45,139 nucleotides of DNA, from IMG/VR virus record IMGVR_UViG_2713897161_000005, one strand, 5' to 3'. The position numbers and the translations under genes are program-made. Positions within the stretch are counted from its first letter, which is position 1; every line of letters starts with the position of its first letter. The notes under the pieces were generated by a model. The model ran no database searches, was not told where the DNA came from, and was given only the letters and a program-made list of their open reading frames with translations. The stretch is from a virus. Taxonomy: Duplodnaviria; Heunggongvirae; Uroviricota; Caudoviricetes. This document shows positions 1-9,710 of the stretch, piece by piece.

Positions 1-933
1 ATGGACAACGACAAAATTGATCAACACAGCGACGAAATTGAAGTTGAGAGCGAAGAAAAAGAACGCGGCAAAAAAATAGAAATAGATGAAGACCGACTCC
101 CCTCCCGGGCGATGGCAATTCATGAACATATCCGCCAGGATGGTGAAAAAGAGCTGGAACGCGACGCAATGGCGCTACTGTGGTCAGCCATTGCGGCGGG
201 TCTGTCGATGGGCGCTTCACTACTGGCAAAAGGGATATTTCATGTCGAACTGGAAGGCGTGCCGGGCAGTTTCTTGCTGGAGAATCTCGGTTATACCTTT
301 GGCTTTATTATCGTCATTATGGCCCGCCAACAATTATTTACCGAAAACACCGTGACTGCGGTACTACCCGTCATGCAAAAACCGACAATGAGTAACGTCG
401 GCTTACTTATGCGGTTATGGGGCGTCGTGCTGCTGGGTAATATTCTCGGGACAGGTATTGCGGCGTGGGCATTTGAATATATGCCTATCTTTAATGAAGA
501 AACTCGCGATGCATTTGTAAAAATCGGCATGGATGTGATGAAGAACACCCCCAGTGAGATGTTTGCCAACGCGATCATTTCCGGCTGGCTGATCGCCACT
601 ATGGTATGGATGTTTCCTGCAGCGGGTGCGGCAAAGATTGTAGTGATTATATTAATGACCTGGCTTATCGCCCTCGGAGACACCACCCACATCGTTGTCG
701 GTTCTGTAGAAATCCTCTATCTGGTATTTAACGGCACGCTGCACTGGAGCGATTTCATCTGGCCCTTCGCCTTACCTACTCTGGCAGGAAACATCTGCGG
801 CGGCACCTTTATCTTCGCGTTAATGAGTCATGCACAGATCCGTAACGACATGAGCAACAAGCGCAAAGCAGAAGCACGACAAAAAGCAGAACGTGCGGAA
901 AACATTAAGAAAAATGATAAAAACCCGGCATAA
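1..933 (+). CDS. yfdC: Inner membrane protein YfdC (formate/nitrite transporter family)
   Basis: Complete 310-aa ORF (ATG at 1, TAA at 931-933); translation matches my recollection of E. coli YfdC; sits directly upstream of tRNA-Arg as in K-12. Confidence 0.85.
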   Translation: MDNDKIDQHSDEIEVESEEKERGKKIEIDEDRLPSRAMAIHEHIRQDGEKELERDAMALLWSAIAAGLSMGASLLAKGIFHVELEGVPGSFLLENLGYTFGFIIVIMARQQLFTENTVTAVLPVMQKPTMSNVGLLMRLWGVVLLGNILGTGIAAWAFEYMPIFNEETRDAFVKIGMDVMKNTPSEMFANAIISGWLIATMVWMFPAAGAAKIVVIILMTWLIALGDTTHIVVGSVEILYLVFNGTLHWSDFIWPFALPTLAGNICGGTFIFALMSHAQIRNDMSNKRKAEARQKAERAENIKKNDKNPA

Positions 934-1008
934 ATGGCGAGGGTTTAAGCAATCGAGCGGCAGTGTACTTACCCCGCTGAGCATTAGCGGGTATACTCAT
1001 GCCGCATT

Positions 1009-1083
1009 GTCCTCTTAGTTAAATGGATATAACGAGCCCCTCCTAAGGGCTAATTGCAGGTTCGATTCCTGCAGGGGACACCA
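1009..1083 (+). tRNA. argW: tRNA-Arg, anticodon CCU; prophage attachment-site tRNA
   Basis: 75-nt cloverleaf: acceptor GTCCTCT/AGGGGAC, anticodon loop CUCCUAA (anticodon CCU), T-arm GGTTCGATTCC, 3' ACCA. Integrase gene immediately downstream. Confidence 0.85.
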
Positions 1084-1199
1084 TTTATCAGTTCGCTCCC
1101 ATCCGTACCAGTCCGCAAAATCCCCTGAATATCAAGCCTTCCGTATATTCACAGTTCGCCATGGTTCGCGTTAGATCGTTGACAGCCGCACTCCATGAC

Positions 1200-1244
1200 G
1201 GGTAAAAAGTGGATAAAATAATTTTACCCACCGGATTTTTACCC
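1200..1244. repeat. Short inverted/direct repeats (GGGTAAAA / TTTTACCC) immediately upstream of the int start codon
   Basis: GGGTAAAAA at 1200-1208, TTTTACCC at 1222-1229 and TTTTTACCC at 1236-1244, seen directly. Candidate int promoter/operator or arm-type sites. Confidence 0.3.
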
Positions 1245-2402
1245 ATGCTCACCGTTAAGCAGATTGAAGCAGCAAAGCCGAAAGAAAAACCATACCGCCT
1301 TCTCGATGGTAATGGCCTGTACCTTTATGTCCCTGTGTCAGGGAAAAAGGTATGGCAGCTTCGCTACAAGATTGACGGTAAGGAGAAAATCCTTACTGTC
1401 GGAAAATATCCGCTTATGACTTTACAGGAGGCAAGGGATAAAGCATGGACCGCGAGGAAAGACATCTCGGTTGGCATCGATCCGGTAAAAGCGAAAAAGG
1501 CTTCGTCTAACAACAATTCCTTTAGTGCGATTTACAAGGAATGGTACGAGCACAAGAAGCAAGTCTGGTCAGTAGGCTATGCAACTGAACTTGCAAAAAT
1601 GTTTGATGACGACATTTTACCTATCATCGGCGGCCTTGAGATTCAGGATATTGAGCCGATGCAACTGCTGGAAGTAATCCGCAGATTTGAAGATCGCGGT
1701 GCAATGGAGCGAGCCAACAAAGCACGCAGAAGATGCGGCGAGGTTTTCCGTTACGCTATTGTCACTGGTAGGGCTAAATATAACCCGGCACCTGACCTTG
1801 CTGACGCCATGAAGGGATACCGCAAGAAGAACTTCCCGTTTCTTCCTGCAGACCAGATCCCGGCATTCAACAAAGCACTGGCAACATTTTCAGGAAGTAT
1901 CGTATCGCTCATTGCGACCAAAGTTTTACGCTACACAGCCCTAAGAACGAAAGAGCTTCGTTCCATGCTATGGAAGAACGTCGATTTTGAAAACAGGATT
2001 ATCACCATCGACGCCAGTGTGATGAAGGGACGCAAAATTCATGTGGTCCCGATGTCAGACCAGGTGGTTGAACTTCTCACTACGCTAAGCTCCATCACCA
2101 AACCAGTATCAGAGTTTGTTTTTGCCGGACGCAACGATAAGAAGAAGCCAATCTGCGAGAACGCGGTGCTACTTGTGATCAAACAAATCGGCTATGAGGG
2201 TCTGGAAAGCGGTCACGGATTCAGGCATGAATTCAGCACGATTATGAACGAGCACGAATGGCCTGCTGACGCTATTGAAGTGCAACTGGCACATGCCAAT
2301 GGCGGATCTGTGCGCGGGATTTACAACCATGCTCAGTATCTCGATAAGCGCAGAGAAATGATGCAGTGGTGGGCGGACTGGCTTGATGAAAAGGTGGAGT
2401 GA
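1245..2402 (+). CDS. intS: Tyrosine integrase (P4-like, CPS-53 IntS type)
   Basis: 385 aa from ATG 1245 (MLTVKQIEAAKPKEK...); the ORF track's upstream GTG at 1209 is probably not the true start. C-terminal tyrosine-recombinase-type region; adjacent to tRNA. Confidence 0.85.
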   Translation: MLTVKQIEAAKPKEKPYRLLDGNGLYLYVPVSGKKVWQLRYKIDGKEKILTVGKYPLMTLQEARDKAWTARKDISVGIDPVKAKKASSNNNSFSAIYKEWYEHKKQVWSVGYATELAKMFDDDILPIIGGLEIQDIEPMQLLEVIRRFEDRGAMERANKARRRCGEVFRYAIVTGRAKYNPAPDLADAMKGYRKKNFPFLPADQIPAFNKALATFSGSIVSLIATKVLRYTALRTKELRSMLWKNVDFENRIITIDASVMKGRKIHVVPMSDQVVELLTTLSSITKPVSEFVFAGRNDKKKPICENAVLLVIKQIGYEGLESGHGFRHEFSTIMNEHEWPADAIEVQLAHANGGSVRGIYNHAQYLDKRREMMQWWADWLDEKVE

Positions 2403-2498
2403 TCCACCTTAAACACTATCGAAGAGCACAAAACCTTGCAATCAAGTGCAAAGCCTTGTGTGTCTCAGTTTTGTCCTGTGTGCCAGATATTGAATGGC

Positions 2499-2858
2499 CT
2501 ACGCCTCCGGCAGTTCAGGCCAGATGACATCCGGCGCGGTGCTGGTATCTGTTGCCGTCACCGCTTTGATGTAGCCAATCCAGGCAATAAGGCTTGCCTT
2601 GTCTTCATCGCTGATAATGCCTAACCGAAGTTCCGTTTGCCACAGGCTGATTTTTGAATTTGCGGCGTTCAGCAGATTTGTTTTCTGTTGCTCGGCTGCG
2701 GACACGTTCGCCGCGTGCTGTTCATCGCTATCGGTAGCCCACTTTGCGCCATCCCATTTGTCATATGGCGTTGATGGTGCTGTGGTGGTTGTTCCTTCCG
2801 GGTATTCTCCCAACTGTGATACGGTCACAGGCTTGCCACTGTCCGTGCTGTAAACCGT
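2499..2858 (-). CDS. Tail fiber assembly protein, C-terminal fragment (5' end lost in N-run)
   Basis: Visible C-terminal ~120 aa (…LWQTELRLGIISDEDKASLIAWIGYIKAVTATDTSTAPDVIWPELPEA) is Tfa-like. The ORF runs into the N-run at 2859. Confidence 0.55.
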   Translation of the reverse strand, partial: TVYSTDSGKPVTVSQLGEYPEGTTTTAPSTPYDKWDGAKWATDSDEQHAANVSAAEQQKTNLLNAANSKISLWQTELRLGIISDEDKASLIAWIGYIKAVTATDTSTAPDVIWPELPEA

Positions 2859-3606
2859 NNNNNNNNNNNNNNNNNNNNNNNNNNNNNNNNNNNNNNNNNN
2901 NNNNNNNNNNNNNNNNNNNNNNNNNNNNNNNNNNNNNNNNNNNNNNNNNNNNNNNNNNNNNNNNNNNNNNNNNNNNNNNNNNNNNNNNNNNNNNNNNNNN
3001 NNNNNNNNNNNNNNNNNNNNNNNNNNNNNNNNNNNNNNNNNNNNNNNNNNNNNNNNNNNNNNNNNNNNNNNNNNNNNNNNNNNNNNNNNNNNNNNNNNNN
3101 NNNNNNNNNNNNNNNNNNNNNNNNNNNNNNNNNNNNNNNNNNNNNNNNNNNNNNNNNNNNNNNNNNNNNNNNNNNNNNNNNNNNNNNNNNNNNNNNNNNN
3201 NNNNNNNNNNNNNNNNNNNNNNNNNNNNNNNNNNNNNNNNNNNNNNNNNNNNNNNNNNNNNNNNNNNNNNNNNNNNNNNNNNNNNNNNNNNNNNNNNNNN
3301 NNNNNNNNNNNNNNNNNNNNNNNNNNNNNNNNNNNNNNNNNNNNNNNNNNNNNNNNNNNNNNNNNNNNNNNNNNNNNNNNNNNNNNNNNNNNNNNNNNNN
3401 NNNNNNNNNNNNNNNNNNNNNNNNNNNNNNNNNNNNNNNNNNNNNNNNNNNNNNNNNNNNNNNNNNNNNNNNNNNNNNNNNNNNNNNNNNNNNNNNNNNN
3501 NNNNNNNNNNNNNNNNNNNNNNNNNNNNNNNNNNNNNNNNNNNNNNNNNNNNNNNNNNNNNNNNNNNNNNNNNNNNNNNNNNNNNNNNNNNNNNNNNNNN
3601 NNNNNN
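2859..3606. other. N-run (748 nt, unresolved or masked sequence)
   Basis: Continuous n characters; ORFs crossing it are artefacts. Confidence 0.99.
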
Positions 3607-3660
3607 TCCAGCTTCCGTGGCAAATCCGTTTTCGTCTAAAGTGATTTCTTTCGTTTCCAT
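3607..3660 (-). CDS. 5' end of an ORF starting at the tail fiber stop codon (METKEITLDENGFATEAG...), truncated by the N-run
   Basis: ATG overlaps the tail fiber TAA (TAATG). Frame differs from the Tfa C-terminal fragment if the N length is literal, so it may be a separate gene. Confidence 0.3.
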
Positions 3661-4532
3661 TATGCCGCCCTTACAATGTAGTTAAATGCGATGTTGCGCG
3701 GTCGGTTTTCGTTCGCGGTTCTTGCAACTAACGAAGAATCGATACCTATTGTCTTATAATATATGTATGAAGATGATTCCGTTGCACTTGCGTAATATGT
3801 GATTCCCGCCTCTCCAGTAATTGTTATGGCACCACTGCCGGATGCTGATGCCCCCATAGAGTTATCTGTAACAGTACCACTTATTTTTTGCATCGCGTCA
3901 CTTTGCTGTGAAAGTAACGCCCGCCCTGAATCCACATTGCGCCCATCATCCCACCCACGAATGAATTCGCCGCGTAAATCAGGCAATTTATTTGTCGGAT
4001 AAACCTTTGCCAGTTCCGGGTATTCTTCAGCAGAAAAAGCCGCACCGTTGCATTTCAGCCAGCCAGTAGGCGGTGTGGCTGAAGGCCACGGAACAGGCAC
4101 ACCAACGGGTAATGCCGAACCTTCTCCCAAACCAAGGTATGAAAGAATATCTTTCCACCCGGTACCATTACTGTTTGGATCAGATAGATTTCCTTCTGTT
4201 GTGTTAATGAATATTCTTTCCCCATCGTTCGAGATGAGCATCGCCCCTGACGGATATCCAGAAATCTCCGAAGCAAATTCAGAATCAAAAGTATTCAGCG
4301 CCCCGGTGCTCGACCATCTACCCAGAGCAGAAAGTTCGTATAAAATTTGGTTCATATCCTGGCCTTTTGGTGGCAAACCGCCAGCAGATTTCAGGATCAT
4401 TGTTATTGGAGGAAACCCCTGTTCATACGATGCTGAGTTATCTCCTGCAGGGGTGGTTGGCAATATTGCCACTCTCTGTCCATTAACTCCAAATGGCTTA
4501 GGTTGTTTTTTAGGTGAGTCAGAACGATTCAT
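3660..4532 (-). CDS. Tail fiber protein (phage tail collar domain)
   Basis: 290 aa; contains the collar-type motif LPDLRGEFIRGWDDGR; last gene of the baseplate/fiber block. Confidence 0.7.
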   Translation of the reverse strand: MNRSDSPKKQPKPFGVNGQRVAILPTTPAGDNSASYEQGFPPITMILKSAGGLPPKGQDMNQILYELSALGRWSSTGALNTFDSEFASEISGYPSGAMLISNDGERIFINTTEGNLSDPNSNGTGWKDILSYLGLGEGSALPVGVPVPWPSATPPTGWLKCNGAAFSAEEYPELAKVYPTNKLPDLRGEFIRGWDDGRNVDSGRALLSQQSDAMQKISGTVTDNSMGASASGSGAITITGEAGITYYASATESSSYIYYKTIGIDSSLVARTANENRPRNIAFNYIVRAA

Positions 4533-4534
4533 GC

Positions 4535-5173
4535 TTAATTCCTATAAAATGTGCCGTCATTAAATGGATATGCATCTGTAGCAAAACCAAAGTATGGGCT
4601 TACAATTTGTTTGATATTTACCTGAACTCCACTTGGTACAGGAGTCACATCGTAATTTGTTAAAATCGATTCTTCGTAGGGAGCAAGTGAGAACTCAAAA
4701 TTTATACCAATGGTCATATCTCTGTAATTGGCACAATATGCTCTGCCTCGTTGATAAAAAAGTATTTTAAGGAATTTATTTATATCAGGAATGGTTGCCA
4801 CACTGATGTTAGTAAAAGCCTTGCAGAGTATTAATGTTCTGTAAGCATCATCCCCAAGCCTGACATTCGTTGTTTCCTGAATGCCGCCGTAAAACGGAGA
4901 ATTATTAAATGGTGCCGGGTAATCAGTACTCCCATCATCTGCTTCGCTAAATCCAAATGAATCGCTATCTATTGGCGCAACAATATATCTGCTTATGCCA
5001 ACAATTTTCCCCCACATATCAAGCCCGAATGTTTCGCAGGTAGTTAAATCCCATACCTTTTTAATGAATTCCTCAGTGAAATCATCAAGGCTCACTGCCT
5101 GGTTAAATGTGTCTATGATGGACAATAATTTTTTACTTGCTGAGTATTGGGTAAGTATTGTGTCTTCCCACAT
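4535..5173 (-). CDS. Baseplate/tail protein (Mu gp48-like, DUF2313-type)
   Basis: 212 aa ORF between the baseplate J-like gene and tail fiber, tightly packed; family assignment from memory. Confidence 0.5.
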   Translation of the reverse strand: MWEDTILTQYSASKKLLSIIDTFNQAVSLDDFTEEFIKKVWDLTTCETFGLDMWGKIVGISRYIVAPIDSDSFGFSEADDGSTDYPAPFNNSPFYGGIQETTNVRLGDDAYRTLILCKAFTNISVATIPDINKFLKILFYQRGRAYCANYRDMTIGINFEFSLAPYEESILTNYDVTPVPSGVQVNIKQIVSPYFGFATDAYPFNDGTFYRN

Positions 5174-5185
5174 GCCTCCCCCCCC

Positions 5186-6415
5186 TCACGATAAAGTTAC
5201 GGTAATATCTGATTCCTGAATTGTCGGAACCTGGTCGATACCCATTGTTATTGCTGGCCCATAGGCTGATCCATCAATGGAGACTTCAAGTGATAAAATC
5301 CCAACGGTGTCAGGTGATATTGAAATAATCGGAGCGTAATACTTACCGGCGTTAATGGTAGAGCCTATCCTTGCCTTCCCGATCCCATCATAACCACCAT
5401 TGAAAACTGATACGATCATGCTTTTCACTTGTGATGTGATATCACTAGGTGGATTAAGAGATCTATCCAGCTCAACGCTAAAATAAACCCTCGTCGGAGT
5501 TGCTTTTTGCCACTGCATTACATAGGAAGGGTATGGAGGCAGATAGTTAACATTGTCGTAAACCGTGTACGAGGTATCTCCGTTCAGATTTGCTCCAGGG
5601 TTGTACGTCTGGAAAATTGACTCCGCTACATCCTCATCAGTTCCACCATACACACAGATGTAAATAGAGTGCGCCACCACAGGGAAGTTAGTAGCTCCCT
5701 GATTTACTGTGGCTGCAGTTCTGTTTGACCATACATAGGCATCCAGCACACCATTCGTAGCCAGCAAGGCAGATAGTGTCGATGCGTCCTGATTGCGGCT
5801 ATTTCTCGCGACCGACTGCTTGCGACGTGTTTCAAATGCAATACGTGATTCAACATCAACGCCAACAACGCCTGGGCTCGCGTTTGTGATCGCATCCCAT
5901 CCAGATACTGCACGGTAAATCTGATTTAATGCACCTGCTGCACAGGGTATTGGTCCGGTTGTGTTATTTACAAACTGAACATCAATGCTTCCTGATGCTG
6001 GTATTGTTGCGATGTCGATAGACCGGTAAATATATCCATTGGTATCAATGGCTGTGCTTCCCGCGGGGATTGTCGTTCCGACCTGACCAATGCATGTTGC
6101 TGTAACAACTGTCCCCTGAGCAGCGATCCGTTCCATAAAGTAAATCCGGCCAATCCCGTCCTGGAATCTGCCACTTGAAAAGTCAGGGTTAATTTGATTA
6201 AACAAACAAAGAAGTTTGTCGTATTCCTGAGCAATAATTTCAGTGTCAGACTGTGCGATCTGCCCTTGCGGTGAACTCAGTGATTGACTTGCACCACCAC
6301 CAAGAGCCGTTGACATGTCTGTAAGTCTTCCCGCCAGCACATCCGCTATGTCGGGAACTGAAAGACCGTTTTCAGTGATGGTTACATCAGGAACAGCCGT
6401 ATTTAATATCGTCAT
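5186..6415 (-). CDS. Baseplate J-like protein (Mu gp47-like)
   Basis: 409 aa ORF in the conserved baseplate position; overlaps the upstream gene by 4 nt. Confidence 0.55.
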   Translation of the reverse strand: MTILNTAVPDVTITENGLSVPDIADVLAGRLTDMSTALGGGASQSLSSPQGQIAQSDTEIIAQEYDKLLCLFNQINPDFSSGRFQDGIGRIYFMERIAAQGTVVTATCIGQVGTTIPAGSTAIDTNGYIYRSIDIATIPASGSIDVQFVNNTTGPIPCAAGALNQIYRAVSGWDAITNASPGVVGVDVESRIAFETRRKQSVARNSRNQDASTLSALLATNGVLDAYVWSNRTAATVNQGATNFPVVAHSIYICVYGGTDEDVAESIFQTYNPGANLNGDTSYTVYDNVNYLPPYPSYVMQWQKATPTRVYFSVELDRSLNPPSDITSQVKSMIVSVFNGGYDGIGKARIGSTINAGKYYAPIISISPDTVGILSLEVSIDGSAYGPAITMGIDQVPTIQESDITVTLS

Positions 6416-6771
6416 AAGGTGGCCTGTGCAATATTACCATTGATATCTGTAACGCGGATTGTGCCGCGAGTTGTGCGTGTATTCTTGTCAAAGAAAACTG
6501 ATGCCAGAGCATCCTCAACGACGGGTAATTTGAGTGCTTCAGCCTGCATTTTCTGAGCAATAAAACCAGGAGATGGTCGCCTGCCAAGAACTTCTGCCTT
6601 CCATGGGATCCCAAGTGTATTGTCGTAATAACACTCTCCTGAAAACACCAGGCATGCACTGGCGACATCCTGAGCAACAGAATATGATTCTTCTGCGATC
6701 GCCAGATTGCCATTTCCGTCAAGCGTCAAGTCCCACGTAGAAGTGTCCAGTTGCATAGTTCTGTATGTCAT
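6412..6771 (-). CDS. Baseplate wedge protein (Mu gp46/W-like)
   Basis: 119 aa, translationally coupled within the baseplate block. Confidence 0.45.
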   Translation of the reverse strand: MTYRTMQLDTSTWDLTLDGNGNLAIAEESYSVAQDVASACLVFSGECYYDNTLGIPWKAEVLGRRPSPGFIAQKMQAEALKLPVVEDALASVFFDKNTRTTRGTIRVTDINGNIAQATL

Positions 6772-7460
6772 GTCGGTTTATCCGTTGCATTGGAATTTAT
6801 TGTTGACCCACCACTTTGTACTCCTGAAACAGAATGTTTGTGATTGTTATAGTTGTCCCTTAAATTTTTAACAGTAGATGACTGTGAACTTGCGTTATCC
6901 TGAATATCACCGCTAACTTTAAGTAAAGGAGTATTCATGTTGACTCCATCAGGAGCATCAATATTTAACGATGAACATTTAATATTTAGTGGGTTAGGCG
7001 TGGTTATGTTTATTGCACCATCAGCAAATTCAATGAATTGAGTAGGCGCAATGTTTAATACCCCACCAAGATAAATTGCATCAGATTTGCTGTGTCGTCT
7101 TTTGCTTCCAGGTACTGATTCTTTACGATTTTTTCTTACCAGTGATGTGTCTTTGTCACATATCGCAATCAGACCAATATCACCCGCCACAGGGTCCATA
7201 ATTACAGCGCTGTTTCCTCTCTGTAACCGCCATACAGGAATATCATATAAAACCGAGTTGGAAATCATTTTTCCTGTACGGTCTGTTCTGGTAAGCAAAG
7301 GAAGAGCATCAACAACTAAATCTGGTGCCTCACCCCTGACTTCCTGAACTTTTGCTAACTCAATGAAGAAATATCCAGACATCAGCATCTCAAAAATATA
7401 TTCCTGAGATTGAGACTCACTTACCTGAGCAGGCGTTGGAGTAAATAGTTGCTTATCCAT
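6768..7460 (-). CDS. Baseplate assembly/spike protein (gpV-like)
   Basis: Start placed at the internal ATG at 7460 (MDKQLFTP...), which overlaps the upstream gene's stop; the 7553 start in the ORF track overlaps too far. Confidence 0.45.
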   Translation of the reverse strand: MDKQLFTPTPAQVSESQSQEYIFEMLMSGYFFIELAKVQEVRGEAPDLVVDALPLLTRTDRTGKMISNSVLYDIPVWRLQRGNSAVIMDPVAGDIGLIAICDKDTSLVRKNRKESVPGSKRRHSKSDAIYLGGVLNIAPTQFIEFADGAINITTPNPLNIKCSSLNIDAPDGVNMNTPLLKVSGDIQDNASSQSSTVKNLRDNYNNHKHSVSGVQSGGSTINSNATDKPT

Positions 7461-8409
7461 TATTCTGTTGCGCCTCTGCTCTTTGTTCCGCTGTTCTGGC
7501 GGCAATACATATTGAGTGCCATGAACCATTTGGCATCCATGATGATAATTCATGCCGAACGGAGGTTAACTTATACCTTCCGCTTGCATGTGGTAGTTCT
7601 GTTTTGATATCCACATATCTTCCAATGCAAAGGAGAGATGAATATTGCGTCTGAAACATCAGTCCCCCATTTGAAAATACAGGATATCCAACAAGTCCGT
7701 ATTCTCTGGATATAAACGGAATTACATCGTCTCTGTTTTTTTCTGAAGGCCAGAACTCTACTTTTGTCGGTGGCGTAGCTGACATCGCCAGTCCATAATC
7801 TGAACAGACCCTATAAAGTTGCTCAAAAACACTTCCTTCAAAATGCGGACTTCCTGATGTTGTCATCCCTTTTACATTATTAAACACAGCTTCATAACCT
7901 GCACTTGCACAAATGGATGAGATGACATCTTCAACACTTTGCGCCCCCTGCGCTGTAAACGGGCTTGCTGGCATGTTCTGTAAATCAACATTAGAAGAGG
8001 CTGTTATCATCAGACTGCTTTCAGGAGCAGAATTCATGTTTGCTATTGATGAAAGCATCGTGCCGGAGAAAACAAGAGAATCATCAGCAAATACCTCAAC
8101 ATTTAACTTCTGACCTTCCCCAACAATACCATCAGCCTTCCCTGATATATCAGCAAGTCTTTCGATTCCTAACCCGTAAAGAGATATATCAGCCTGAGCA
8201 CCTCCGCGACCGGTAACAAAGTTCAGGGATACTGTTGACTTAACATTTCTGATGGAGATTTTATTGTTTCCATTTTTATCAAATGCTGATGATTCATTCG
8301 TGAAGTCAAACCGAAGACTGTGATTTTTATACAAGCTCGTTTTCCTCGATGTAATACAGCAAGTAACGGCTACCCAAGCCTTCCCATCGCGGGTCCGATT
8401 CTCCATCAT
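7453..8409 (-). CDS. Baseplate hub/tail protein (putative)
   Basis: Long ORF 7453-8442 (track start is TTG); ATG candidates at 8409/8406. Still overlaps the upstream ORF by ~80 nt, so the start is uncertain. Confidence 0.4.
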   Translation of the reverse strand: MMENRTRDGKAWVAVTCCITSRKTSLYKNHSLRFDFTNESSAFDKNGNNKISIRNVKSTVSLNFVTGRGGAQADISLYGLGIERLADISGKADGIVGEGQKLNVEVFADDSLVFSGTMLSSIANMNSAPESSLMITASSNVDLQNMPASPFTAQGAQSVEDVISSICASAGYEAVFNNVKGMTTSGSPHFEGSVFEQLYRVCSDYGLAMSATPPTKVEFWPSEKNRDDVIPFISREYGLVGYPVFSNGGLMFQTQYSSLLCIGRYVDIKTELPHASGRYKLTSVRHELSSWMPNGSWHSICIAARTAEQRAEAQQNNG

Positions 8410-8629
8410 TATCAATGAAAATAAGGTCTCCCTTAAATCCAAGGTAGGAATATCTTACCATCTTATTACCATGCAGACATGGAACGCCCTGCATAATTGG
8501 GACTTCATTAACAGTTAAATCCATGTACATAAAACTCTGTCGCTGAACAAGTTTTATATTACATTGCTGACCAGCCAGACTTACCGAAATGGACTGAGAT
8601 TTGCTGGGAAGAACAGATACTGTAATCAT
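8327..8629 (-). CDS. Phage tail protein (100 aa)
   Basis: ORF in the tail block, coupled to its neighbours. Confidence 0.4.
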   Translation of the reverse strand: MITVSVLPSKSQSISVSLAGQQCNIKLVQRQSFMYMDLTVNEVPIMQGVPCLHGNKMVRYSYLGFKGDLIFIDNDGESDPRWEGLGSRYLLYYIEENELV

Positions 8630-9441
8630 GTACTCGCCTTAACTATATTTTTTGCAATATCTGCCGCTTTTTTTGTTGCGCTGTTTGTGACTTCGAGTAT
8701 TGGTTTGGATACCGTATCAAGAGCACTCTGGAATTCAGTCTTGATTGTGTCGGAGATTTTTCCAGTGATTTCGCCAACAGATGACTTCAGTGATGACCAT
8801 GATTTACTTAGCTCATCGACAGTAGATTCCCTGGCTCCGCCATTGGTTATTTGCGGATCAACTCCTACATCTCCCTGTGACTTATTGTTATCCGTTGGCT
8901 TCTGTTCTGACTGAGATCCAGAGAGAATAACTTCCATTTGCTGAATGACCTCCTGAAAATCAAGATAAACCGTCAGAAGAGTAACCCCTTTTTGAGAGTT
9001 AACTTCGTAATAGTGGTCAACAAGGTCGAAACTCTCCAGAGTTTCCTTTGGCGTTTCAATATCGTATGTTTTTGCAGAGGACAGCATCGTTTTGATTGTG
9101 TTCAGCGTGCTGTTCTGGCTTGTGAATGTGAGATCGAAAATATTCGGGATGTTGCCGGAAAAACCAGTAAGACCATTTACGATGATTGCACATCTTACTC
9201 TGGCGGGTTCTTTAACTTTGTTGATGGACTGGTATTTCCCTTTCTCCACCGGAGCGTTTGTTATTTGCGCCCTTCCGCTTGGCTGTACGGATGCCATACC
9301 ACTGAACTCAAGAGCAACCTCGCCAGTTTCCCTGTCACGAATCACATACTGAGGATGCAGAACGCTGTCGATGATCGAAAGCGGAGAGCCACCACCGATA
9401 GCATTGAATATGTCTGCTGTGTTTAAATCGATTATGTTCAT
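8626..9441 (-). CDS. Phage tail protein (271 aa), first gene after the accessory island
   Basis: ATG at 9441 with GGAGAG upstream; function unassigned. Confidence 0.4.
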   Translation of the reverse strand: MNIIDLNTADIFNAIGGGSPLSIIDSVLHPQYVIRDRETGEVALEFSGMASVQPSGRAQITNAPVEKGKYQSINKVKEPARVRCAIIVNGLTGFSGNIPNIFDLTFTSQNSTLNTIKTMLSSAKTYDIETPKETLESFDLVDHYYEVNSQKGVTLLTVYLDFQEVIQQMEVILSGSQSEQKPTDNNKSQGDVGVDPQITNGGARESTVDELSKSWSSLKSSVGEITGKISDTIKTEFQSALDTVSKPILEVTNSATKKAADIAKNIVKAST

Positions 9442-9450
9442 CTACTCTCC

Positions 9451-9481
9451 ATTAAACAAAAACCCAGCCGAAGCTGGGTTT
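9451..9481 (-). terminator. Intrinsic terminator closing the accessory island
   Basis: Minus-strand RNA forms an 8-bp stem AACCCAGC/GCUGGGUU with UUCG loop, followed by UUUGUUUAAU; lies 11 nt downstream of the ORF ending at 9492. Confidence 0.55.
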
Positions 9482-9491
9482 AGTGAATTGG

Positions 9492-9710
9492 CTAGTTATC
9501 AAAAAGTCCGTACGTTTCTTCTTCAGGAGTAAGGGGAAGAATCTCAATTCTATCTATAGATACCTTTTCAATGTACCCATGAGGTCTACTTAAAATTAAA
9601 GCTCTCTCATGCCACAGAACTCCAAGAATGTGATACCTTCCAGCATCGCCTTTTACCCTGGCTCTTCCTTTGATTCTTGGCGGCATAATGCCATATTTTT
9701 TCTTTGCCAT
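9492..9710 (-). CDS. Hypothetical protein (72 aa, basic N-terminus)
   Basis: ORF MAKKKYGIMPPRIKGRARVKG...; last gene of the island operon before the terminator. Confidence 0.4.
   Translation of the reverse strand: MAKKKYGIMPPRIKGRARVKGDAGRYHILGVLWHERALILSRPHGYIEKVSIDRIEILPLTPEEETYGLFDN

Noticed and set aside
86-692. Short ORFs inside or antisense to yfdC (86-355, 180-395, 291-692)
   Set aside because: Alternative-frame or antisense ORFs within a well-supported gene.
2391-2410. 8-bp inverted repeat AAGGTGGA/TCCACCTT spanning the int stop codon, considered as a terminator
   Set aside because: Not followed by a convincing U-tract on either strand; may be a weak bidirectional stop or coincidental.
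2499-3685. ORFs 2499-3623(-), 2744-3685(+) and 2761-3660(-) translated through the N-run
   Set aside because: The X-containing translations are artefacts of the gap; only the unmasked flanks were interpreted.
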